From an uncultured bacterium (lineage in GTDB: Bacteria > Macinerneyibacteriota > Macinerneyibacteria > Macinerneyibacteriales > DSCS01): a DNA stretch of 64,000 nucleotides. Position 1 is the stretch's first letter; every line of letters begins with the position of its first letter. This document shows, piece after piece, positions 56,291-64,000 of the stretch. The stretch lies in NCBI GenBank assembly GCA_964548195.1, contig CAZJQC010000001.1, forward strand, positions 1-64,000, in the 5' to 3' direction. A program made the position numbers and the translations under genes. The notes beneath the pieces were generated by a model. It was not told the DNA's origin. It saw nothing but the letters and a program-made list of their open reading frames with translations, and ran no database searches.

Positions 56291-57058
56291 ATGTTCTTTA
56301 TACTCTTTGCCGTATCGGGCCTTCTCTTCGGTTCTTTTTTCAATGTGGTCATATACCGCGTTCCCGCGGGGAAATCGATAGCCTTTCCCCCGTCTCACTG
56401 CATGTCATGCGGGAAACCCATAAAGTGGCACATGAACATCCCCGTACTCTCCTATCTTTTTCTGAAGGGGCGATGCGCGTGGTGCGGCGCGAAGCTTTCC
56501 ATACAATACCCGCTGGTGGAGCTTGCCGCGGGCCTCATCTTTGCCTGGAGTTATTCCGCGCGCGGCTTATCTTTAGCCGCAGTCGACCTGATACTCTTCG
56601 CCTGCACGCTGCTGATCATCACCGTGATAGATTTCAACGAGTTCATCATACCATGGGAGATATTGATACCCGCCTTCGCCTGGCGTGTTTTTTTCAATAT
56701 AAAAGAGGGTGTCATCCTGGAAAGGTCCATCGCGTTCGCCGTCTTCTTCGCGCTTATCTGGCTCATAGGGTTCGTGGGGAAAAAGGTCTACAAAAAGGAA
56801 GTAATGGGCGGAGGCGATGTCTACTACACCGCGTTCCTCGCATTCTTCGTCGGATTGGCAGGGGGCGTGCTGCTTCTTCTTCTGGCGGCCCTTTCCGCAT
56901 CGGTCATAGGATATACATATGCCGCCCTGAAGAAAAAAAGCCCGCGGGACACAATGCTTCCCTTCGGCCCGTTTCTTTCGCTGGGGGCGTTGATCGCCTA
57001 TCTTTGGGGCAGCGGCCTGATAGTATGGTACGCGGAACTCATGAGGAGCGGTTATTAA
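56291..57058 (+). CDS. pilD: Prepilin peptidase / N-methyltransferase
   Basis: GSFFNVVIYRVP, two CxxC, YPLVE, ID.....IP, MGGGD, PFGPFL. Confidence 0.95.
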   Translation: MFFILFAVSGLLFGSFFNVVIYRVPAGKSIAFPPSHCMSCGKPIKWHMNIPVLSYLFLKGRCAWCGAKLSIQYPLVELAAGLIFAWSYSARGLSLAAVDLILFACTLLIITVIDFNEFIIPWEILIPAFAWRVFFNIKEGVILERSIAFAVFFALIWLIGFVGKKVYKKEVMGGGDVYYTAFLAFFVGLAGGVLLLLLAALSASVIGYTYAALKKKSPRDTMLPFGPFLSLGALIAYLWGSGLIVWYAELMRSGY

Positions 57059-57422
57059 AAGGGCATATACCTGGGCGGGAGTCTTTCTCGCCCTCTTCGC
57101 AGCGGGATACATACTCATATGCCGCTACCCCTCTTATGCCGATGCGGCGCTGGAAAAGCAGGCCGTTTTCTCGAAAAATGAGATGGAGCTGCTGAAAAGC
57201 GGCATAGAGTCGTACAACATCATATACGGGTCGTACCCGTCGGGCGACCTTGTGACGGAACTTTCCCGCATGGAGGGCTATGTCTGCCCCGCCGGCGCCG
57301 GACGATACGACTATTCAGGCGGGCCGGAAGGCTACACCCTCAGCGCGAGGATCAAAAAAAGAAAAACCGTCTTTCTGAGTACGGACGATTCCCGCTCTTC
57401 AATATTGATATCAGCCGACTGA
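57054..57422 (+). CDS. Membrane-anchored pilin-like protein, probable ATT start
   Basis: The 57183 ORF frame is open back to TGA at 57042 and encodes KRAYTWAGVFLALFAAGYILIC (TM). GAGGAG lies 5 nt before ATT at 57054. LKSGIESY...YP resembles the two pilins. Confidence 0.6.
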   Translation: MKRAYTWAGVFLALFAAGYILICRYPSYADAALEKQAVFSKNEMELLKSGIESYNIIYGSYPSGDLVTELSRMEGYVCPAGAGRYDYSGGPEGYTLSARIKKRKTVFLSTDDSRSSILISAD

Positions 57423-57495
57423 GTCAATCAAATGGTCTTGACTTTTGACCCCTGAAAACTATACTTGAAATCAGTTATTCGTAAAGGAGTCTTAC

Positions 57496-60459
57496 ATGAC
57501 GAGGTTTTTGGAAATCAGATTAAAAGAGACATCGGAAGATTTCAGGGGAAGGGCATTGGCGGACAAGCTGAGCAAATACATGGGGCTGAAAGTCTCCGCC
57601 ATACGGACAGGCCGCATATATGCCTTTGACATGGAACTTGAGGAGTCATCATGGGAAAAGGTGTTTTCGGAGTTTATCGACCCGGTGATCGAAGAACGCA
57701 TTTACACCCATGACAATGACGCTTTTGATTATGTCATGAGAGTCGGGTTCAACCCGGGCGTCACCGACAATGAAGGAAGGACCGCGGCCGGGATGGCAAA
57801 AGACATCGCCGGGGACGCGCTGAAGCCCGGCGGAGAGGTTTATACGTCAAGGCTTTATCTGTTCAGGGCTCCCGGCATCTCAGGCAAAGAGATAGAGAAA
57901 GCCGCTTACGGGCTTGTCGCCAACAGGCTTATAGAGACGGCCGATGTATACACGATGGAGCAGTGGAAGGCCGCGACAGAATACCCGGTGCCGAAGATAG
58001 AAGCAGAAGACGACATCGCAGTGGAGACTGTAGACCTTGCCGGTTTGGACGACGCCATGCTTGAGCGCATAAGCCTTGAAAAGATGCTGGCGCTCACAGC
58101 GTCCGAGATGCGGGCCATATCCGATTATTTTGACGCCCCCGAAACAGCGGCAATACGGTTGAAAAAAGGCTTTCCCGAAAAACCGACCGACGCCGAACTT
58201 GAAATACTGGCCCAGACCTGGAGCGAACACTGCAAACACAAGATCTTTGCCTCGTCGGTCAACTATGATGACGGCAGCGGGAACATCGAAGAGATCAACT
58301 CGCTTTATAAGACATACATCAAGGTGCCGACCCGTGAGATCATGGAAAAAACGGGCCATATTGTATCTGTTTTTGACGACAATTCGGGCGTGATGAGATT
58401 CAATAAAAAAAACCATGTGTGCTACAAAGTCGAGACGCATAACTCTCCCTCCGCCCTTGACCCTTACGGCGGCGCCATGACAGGCATCGTCGGCGTAAAC
58501 CGCGACATACTCGGGACCGGCCGCGGCGCCGTCCCCCACGCCAATGTCTGGGGCTACTGTTTTGCCGATCCGGACCGCCGCGAAGAGACGCCGGCGGGAC
58601 TGATGCATCCCCGAAGGATAAGGGAAGGCGTGCACAGGGGGGTGATCGACGGCGGCAATCAAAGCGGCATACCTTATGCCAGGGGCTGGGAGCTGTTCGA
58701 CGAGCGCTACCTGGGCAAACCGCTGGTCTACTGCGGCACGGTGGGCATACTCCCGGCCATGCTTCAGGGCTATGACGGTTCGGAGAAGAAGGCCCTTCCC
58801 GGCGACCTTGTCGTGATGACAGGCGGGCGCATCGGGAAAGACGGCATACACGGAGCGACCTTCTCATCAAGGGAACTTGACGAGTCTTCCCCCGTGCAGG
58901 CCGTGCAGATAGGCGACCCTATAACACAGAAAAAAATGACCGATTTCATAATAGAAGCCCGCGACCTGGGACTTTTTAACGCGATAACGGACAACGGCGC
59001 GGGAGGGCTGGCCTCTTCGGTGGGAGAGATGGCCCGCGACACCGGAGGCGTGTTCATGGACCTTTCGAAAGCGCCTCTGAAGTATCCCGGCCTTCAGCCC
59101 TGGGAGATACTGATATCGGAAGCGCAGGAAAGGATGACGCTCGCTGTGTCCGAAGAGCGCATAGACGCCTTCATGGAGCTTGCGGAACTGCGTGATGTGG
59201 AGGCCGCTGTTTTGGGCCGTTTCACCGACAGCGGGTTTTTCCACGCGGTGCACGGCGACAGGAACGTATGTTTTATAGAAATGGACTTTCTTCACGACGG
59301 CCTGCCGGAAATGACCCTTGACGCCGTATGGGAGGATCGTGAACAGCCATCTGTCCATGAAGACTCCGCGGACACGGCAAAAGAGATGCTGCGCCTCCTT
59401 TCTTCACCGGCGCTGTCCTCAAAGGAGGCCGTTGTCAGGGCGTATGACCACGAGGTAAAGGGGCTTTCGGTGATGAAGCCGCTTACCGGGATCAAGGCGG
59501 ATGTCATGGGAGACGCATCAATAATGGGGGTGGAATACGGCTCCGCCGAAGGCATAGTCCTGACTGAAGCCGTGAACCCGTGGTTCAGCGACATAGACAC
59601 TTATCACATGACGGCTTCCATCGTTGACGAAGCGGTCAGAAAAGCCGTGGCGGCGGGAGCCGACCCGGGACATATGGCCGTACTTGACAACTTCTGCTGG
59701 CCCGACCCCGTTTTTGACCGGGCTGGCAACCCCGACGGAAAATACAAGATGGCTCAGCTTGTGAGATCATGCAAGGCGCTTGCGGAATATACCAGGGCCT
59801 ATCTGACGCCATGCATCTCCGGCAAGGACTCGATGAAAAACGACGCGCGCCTTGAAGGAAAGAAGATCTCCATCCCGCCGACGTTGCTCATCTCGCTGAT
59901 AGCCAAGATCGAAGATTTTTCAAAAGCGGTGTTCATGTCTCCCGGCAGCCCCGGCGACGACATATATATCGCGGGAACGACATTCCCGGAACACGGCGGT
60001 TCCGAATACTCCAGGATGAAGGGACTCGGCCGCGGCCTTGTCCCGCGGGTCAGAGCGCAGGAGAACCTCGCTCTTTACGGGACATACCATGACTGCGTGG
60101 AAAAAGGTCTTGTGAAATCGGCCCATTCTCCCTCCAAAGGAGGGGTGGCGGCCTCTCTGATGCTGCAGTGCATGGCCGGCAGGCTGGGCATGGACATAGA
60201 CATCTCCGCATTGCCCGCGGAAGGCCCGGCCGGCCCCACGGATACACTTTTTTCGGAGTCCAACGGCAGGATCATATTCACCGCCGAATCAAAGGACAGG
60301 GAACTGCTTAAAGACGCTTTCGCGGGGACCGCATTCTCAAGGATCGGCAGCGTCACCGGCAACGAGTCCCTCCATATCACAGACGGAAAGAAAGAGATAG
60401 CCGATATACGCATCAGCGACATGCTGGACCATTACAAGGGGAGATTAAATGAAATCTAA
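57496..60459 (+). CDS. purL: Phosphoribosylformylglycinamidine synthase PurL with PurS-like N-terminal region
   Basis: PGVTDNEG, QTWSEHCKHKIF, KVETHNSPS, GKDGIHGATFSS, DNGAGG, ISEAQERM, SGKDS. Confidence 0.95.
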   Translation: MTRFLEIRLKETSEDFRGRALADKLSKYMGLKVSAIRTGRIYAFDMELEESSWEKVFSEFIDPVIEERIYTHDNDAFDYVMRVGFNPGVTDNEGRTAAGMAKDIAGDALKPGGEVYTSRLYLFRAPGISGKEIEKAAYGLVANRLIETADVYTMEQWKAATEYPVPKIEAEDDIAVETVDLAGLDDAMLERISLEKMLALTASEMRAISDYFDAPETAAIRLKKGFPEKPTDAELEILAQTWSEHCKHKIFASSVNYDDGSGNIEEINSLYKTYIKVPTREIMEKTGHIVSVFDDNSGVMRFNKKNHVCYKVETHNSPSALDPYGGAMTGIVGVNRDILGTGRGAVPHANVWGYCFADPDRREETPAGLMHPRRIREGVHRGVIDGGNQSGIPYARGWELFDERYLGKPLVYCGTVGILPAMLQGYDGSEKKALPGDLVVMTGGRIGKDGIHGATFSSRELDESSPVQAVQIGDPITQKKMTDFIIEARDLGLFNAITDNGAGGLASSVGEMARDTGGVFMDLSKAPLKYPGLQPWEILISEAQERMTLAVSEERIDAFMELAELRDVEAAVLGRFTDSGFFHAVHGDRNVCFIEMDFLHDGLPEMTLDAVWEDREQPSVHEDSADTAKEMLRLLSSPALSSKEAVVRAYDHEVKGLSVMKPLTGIKADVMGDASIMGVEYGSAEGIVLTEAVNPWFSDIDTYHMTASIVDEAVRKAVAAGADPGHMAVLDNFCWPDPVFDRAGNPDGKYKMAQLVRSCKALAEYTRAYLTPCISGKDSMKNDARLEGKKISIPPTLLISLIAKIEDFSKAVFMSPGSPGDDIYIAGTTFPEHGGSEYSRMKGLGRGLVPRVRAQENLALYGTYHDCVEKGLVKSAHSPSKGGVAASLMLQCMAGRLGMDIDISALPAEGPAGPTDTLFSESNGRIIFTAESKDRELLKDAFAGTAFSRIGSVTGNESLHITDGKKEIADIRISDMLDHYKGRLNEI

Positions 60460-61246
60460 AGTCTTGATCATCACCGGTTTCGGGCTTAATTGCCAGGAGG
60501 AGACGGCATACGCTTTCGGGAAGGCAGGCGCGTTTAAGACGGACAAAATACACCTGAACGACATCATACGGGGTAAATGCGCGCTCTCCGACTACAACAT
60601 ACTCGCACTGATCGGCGGCTTTTCCTTCGGAGACCATATTTCCGCCGGAAAGGTGATGGCGGTAAAACTCCGGCACGCCCTGGGCGGGCAATTGGAGGCG
60701 TTTGTCAAAGAAGGCGGGCTTATACTGGGCATATGCAACGGCTTTCAGGAGCTGATCAAGCTGGGACTGCTGCCATCGGCCGACGGTTTTTCCTTTTCAC
60801 AGACCGCCACCATCACGGAAAACGCATGCGGCCATTTTTATGACGGCTGGGTAAACCTCAAAGTCAATACGGAATCGCCGTGCATATACACAAGGGGGAT
60901 GTCCAAACTGAACGTACCCGTGCGTCACGGCGAAGGGCGCATCATCTTTGATTCCGGCCGCACGCTCAGGCAGGTCACCGAAAACAATCAGATAGTCTTC
61001 CAATACGCGGATCTATCCGGGGCCCCGACCGAGACGTTCCCGGAAAACCCCAACGGCACAGCGATGGGCATCGCGGGGTTGTGCGACAAGACCGGGCGGA
61101 TCATGGGCATGATGCCTCATCCCGAGGCCTATGTGGATCCCTGGACTCACCCGGATTACAACATCCGGAGGAAGGAGGTTGCCGATGAAGGAGAGGGGCT
61201 TGTCATATTCAGGAATGCGGTTTCTTTTGTCGAGACGCAGCTTTAG
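60449..61246 (+). CDS. purQ: FGAM synthase glutaminase subunit PurQ
   Basis: GLNC..ET, GGFSFGD, GICNGFQ, HGEG, NPNG, GMMPHPE. Confidence 0.96.
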   Translation: MKSKVLIITGFGLNCQEETAYAFGKAGAFKTDKIHLNDIIRGKCALSDYNILALIGGFSFGDHISAGKVMAVKLRHALGGQLEAFVKEGGLILGICNGFQELIKLGLLPSADGFSFSQTATITENACGHFYDGWVNLKVNTESPCIYTRGMSKLNVPVRHGEGRIIFDSGRTLRQVTENNQIVFQYADLSGAPTETFPENPNGTAMGIAGLCDKTGRIMGMMPHPEAYVDPWTHPDYNIRRKEVADEGEGLVIFRNAVSFVETQL

Positions 61247-61703
61247 CCTGCTGATTATATTGCTTCTGCCCGTCGGCGCCTTTGCCGACATGTTGGTGAA
61301 AGGTGCCTGCTACGACTACACCCGTTATGAGGGGACCGATTCCGCGCGGCAGATAGCCGTCCTGGACGCTTTGGGGAGTTTTGCCTCCCATGCCGGAGAA
61401 CGGACGGCAGAGACCGCAAAAAACGGCGACACATCTATCACCCACACATATTCGCATCTTAATATCAAAATAATAAAGACGGTGACGATCACTCATGATT
61501 TTAAACTCGGCAAAGCCGAGCTGAAGGTGTTCCGCGGAAAAAAGCTGCTTTTTCACGTCGCAGACAGCGAACCGGTTTTTTTATCAAAGTGGCATAAACT
61601 CAATATACTATTGAAGCATCTGGGGTTCCGGGTAAACGGCTTCAGAACCGACGACAACATCTTTATCGTGGACCTGGTCAGGAGGACCGATGCAAAAAAG
61701 TGA
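61215..61703 (+). CDS. Exported hypothetical protein
   Basis: Signal-peptide-like LLIILLLPVGAFA. Fills the gap between purQ and wzz. Start uncertain. Confidence 0.6.
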   Translation: MRFLLSRRSFSLLIILLLPVGAFADMLVKGACYDYTRYEGTDSARQIAVLDALGSFASHAGERTAETAKNGDTSITHTYSHLNIKIIKTVTITHDFKLGKAELKVFRGKKLLFHVADSEPVFLSKWHKLNILLKHLGFRVNGFRTDDNIFIVDLVRRTDAKK

Positions 61704-62562
61704 CGAGATAAACCTGTGGGACCTTATTCTCATACTGGTGAAACGCAAATCTATGATCATATTCATGACGCTCTCCTTCATGGCGGCGGGCGTGCTGCTG
61801 GCGCTGTTGTCCCCCCCTTATTACTCCGTCACCACGGTGATCGGGGCAACGGAGGAGAGTAAAAGCCCGCCCTCACTTGGAAGCCTGAGCGGTTTGACAT
61901 CCATATTCGGCGCCAACCTCTCCTTTCTTACAGGCGGGGACAACCTGCAGACGATACGACAGACCCTGCACAGTTCGGATTTCCTTTTCTATGCGGATGA
62001 AAAGATCCGCATCTCCGCCCTGTTGGGAAGACATTTCACCACAAAAGAAGAAAAACTGCAGTTTTTGCGCACACTTGTGGTCGTGCGGGAAGACGCGGTA
62101 AACGGGACGATCTCCATCTCCATGGAAAGCAGAGACCCCAAACTCTCATATTCGGTCATGAACAAACTGATGTCCACGTTTAATGAATATGTCATAAAAA
62201 GACAATCGGATCAAAGCAGGATGCTTGTACAGCAGCTGCGCAAGGAGATACAGGTCACCTCGGACCCGATTTTAAGGTCGGAACTGAGCTCTTTATGGGC
62301 CACGGAGGCGAAAAAGCTGATCCTTTCACAGATCAATAAGAACAATATGTATCAGATCGTGGAACGGCCCTTCATCCCGGATCAGCGGACACGCCCCAAA
62401 AGAAAGCTCATTGTCATGGTCTCCGTGTTCCTGGGATTTTTCACCGGCGTTATCCTCGCATTTGCCGGAGATTATTTCAAACGTATGTCAGCGGACCCTG
62501 AGACGCGCGCATACCTGGATAAGATCGCCTATTATCTCGGGCCAAAAAAAGGGAGGAAATAA
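61690..62562 (+). CDS. Wzz/FepE-like polysaccharide chain-length determinant
   Basis: DEINLWDL, N-terminal TM, P..Y, C-terminal P....RPKRKLI and a Gly-rich TM. Confidence 0.88.
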   Translation: MQKSDEINLWDLILILVKRKSMIIFMTLSFMAAGVLLALLSPPYYSVTTVIGATEESKSPPSLGSLSGLTSIFGANLSFLTGGDNLQTIRQTLHSSDFLFYADEKIRISALLGRHFTTKEEKLQFLRTLVVVREDAVNGTISISMESRDPKLSYSVMNKLMSTFNEYVIKRQSDQSRMLVQQLRKEIQVTSDPILRSELSSLWATEAKKLILSQINKNNMYQIVERPFIPDQRTRPKRKLIVMVSVFLGFFTGVILAFAGDYFKRMSADPETRAYLDKIAYYLGPKKGRK

Positions 62563-64000
62563 ATGAGACGCCTGTATGCGGCGGTCGCCGTCTTGTTTTT
62601 GTCGGCAAGCCTGTGCTTTTCCATCACCGACACTGAGAAGAAGAAACTTGTTGATAAGTATCTCAGCGGAGGCTCCTTTTCAACGGAAGAACTTACGAAG
62701 CTTACGGAGATCCGCGACAGCTATTCAAGATCTAATGTAAAAAAGGCCGAGAGGCCCGCCACGGAAAAAGACCCCGCCGGCGCCTCGCTCCAATCGCCAC
62801 CCGCGGGAGGGGAAAGGGACACTTTTTTCAACAAATACTATTTTGGAGGGGCGAATCCCCCCTACGACCCGGGAGTCGCGGAGCTCAGGCTGTTCGGGAC
62901 TGAATATTTTCAGTCGCCGACGACGTATGCCCCGCTTGATAACATCCCCGTCAACGACTCATACATATTGGGGCCCGGGGACACGGTCATGATCTCGTTG
63001 TGGGGCAGTTCAAACAAGCAGTACGAGGTGACCGTAAACACGAACGGCAACATATCGGCTCCGGAACTGGGGCGCATTCCCGTGGCAGGCATGTCGTTCG
63101 GCGACCTGAAACGCTATCTCAGCAGGGAACTCAGCGAAGGAAGCGACATAGAGCTTGCGCTCTCAGCCATCAAGACCATACGCATATTTATAACCGGAGA
63201 TGCAAGACATCCCGGTTCGTACACGATCTCGGGATTGTCCGGCATCATAAACGCTGTCTTTGCTTCAGGCGGCCCGCAGCCGACAGGCAGCCTGAGAAAC
63301 ATAAAACTTAAGAGAAACGGGGCTACAATACGCAATTTCGACATGTATTCGTTTCTGTTAAACGGAGACTCTTCCTCGGACACCTACCTTTTTCCCGGCG
63401 ATGTCATATTCATACCTCCGGCGGGAAAACTTGTGGCGGTTTCCGGCAATGTCAGACGTCCGTCAATATATGAGGCGGCTTCCGGCGAGACGCTTGCGGA
63501 CCTTATAGAGATCGCGGGCGGACTGACCGCCTCGGCCCTGGACACCGACATATTCATAGAACGTTTTGAGAAAAACAAAGGGAAAGTCGTGTTGACGGTA
63601 AACGCCGGCAATACCGCGTTAAGCGAGATCTCTCTGAAAGACGGGGATATCGTCAAGATCTTCCCTGTCCCCGAGACCCGTGAGGACGCCAACTCCGTGA
63701 GGCTTACCGGCTATGTGTCAGCGCCCAGAAAATTCCAGTTTACACCAGGCATGACTTTTTCGGACATCGTGGACGGGGAGATGCTGCTGCACAAGACATA
63801 TATGAAATACGCAACGGTAAAAAGGAAACAGTACCCGGAAAACACGGACGAGATGATCTCCGTAGATCTTTATTCCGCCGTGATACTGAAAGACGCGGAA
63901 GCGGATATACTGCTGAAGCCTGAGGATATCATCACACTGTACAGCATGGACGAGATGACCGACTCTTTTCCCGTGTTCATACTGGGAGAGGTTCGGGAAC
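62563..64000 (+). CDS. Polysaccharide export protein with SLBB repeats (Wza/KpsD/OtnA-like), truncated by window end
   Basis: ATG at 62563, signal peptide, LFG..F, YILGPGD...I.LWG, GDARHPGSY, SGGP...GSLRNI, V.VSGNVRRPSIYE. Absent from the ORF track because it has no stop in the window. Confidence 0.9.
   Translation, partial: MRRLYAAVAVLFLSASLCFSITDTEKKKLVDKYLSGGSFSTEELTKLTEIRDSYSRSNVKKAERPATEKDPAGASLQSPPAGGERDTFFNKYYFGGANPPYDPGVAELRLFGTEYFQSPTTYAPLDNIPVNDSYILGPGDTVMISLWGSSNKQYEVTVNTNGNISAPELGRIPVAGMSFGDLKRYLSRELSEGSDIELALSAIKTIRIFITGDARHPGSYTISGLSGIINAVFASGGPQPTGSLRNIKLKRNGATIRNFDMYSFLLNGDSSSDTYLFPGDVIFIPPAGKLVAVSGNVRRPSIYEAASGETLADLIEIAGGLTASALDTDIFIERFEKNKGKVVLTVNAGNTALSEISLKDGDIVKIFPVPETREDANSVRLTGYVSAPRKFQFTPGMTFSDIVDGEMLLHKTYMKYATVKRKQYPENTDEMISVDLYSAVILKDAEADILLKPEDIITLYSMDEMTDSFPVFILGEVRE

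Overview
A 64-kb stretch of core chromosome from a bacterium that looks diderm (lipoproteins, a candidate outer-membrane beta-barrel, Wza/KpsD-like exporter, type IV pilins, FtsEX-EnvC and an AmiA/C-type amidase). It also carries traits usually linked to Firmicutes-like genomes (ylxM-ffh-rpsP-khpA-rimM-trmD-rplS, an L20-leader attenuator, a FemAB protein, ECF-transporter ATPases). The window opens in the 5' part of a divergent minus-strand 16S rRNA gene and holds three CCA-less tRNAs (Val, Asp, Phe). Housekeeping genes include murE, ppdK, glyQS, rnhB, cysS, ftcD, infC-rpmI-rplT-smpB, purL/purQ and manC. I saw no mobile element, prophage or CRISPR array. The best candidate for an undescribed system is the accessory block at about 5.4-13.8 kb: two kinase-less LytTR regulators, a ~21-bp-periodic direct-repeat array beside one regulator's promoter, twin beta-propeller lipoproteins flanking an M20 amidohydrolase, a TPR-alpha/beta hydrolase and a thioredoxin-CcdA fusion. 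A recurring ECF-sigma-like motif (TGAAAC-N17-KGTCWA) occurs twice in this block and once outside it. Other highlights are MurE/FemAB evidence for non-DAP branched peptidoglycan, a TrmD-Tm1570-like double-SPOUT fusion, sigma54-type promoters at the sHsp pair and one pilin, non-AUG starts (infC ATC, a pilin-like gene ATT), apparently leaderless genes and an unannotated 31-aa membrane protein. All product calls come from recognising motifs by eye; no database searches were run.
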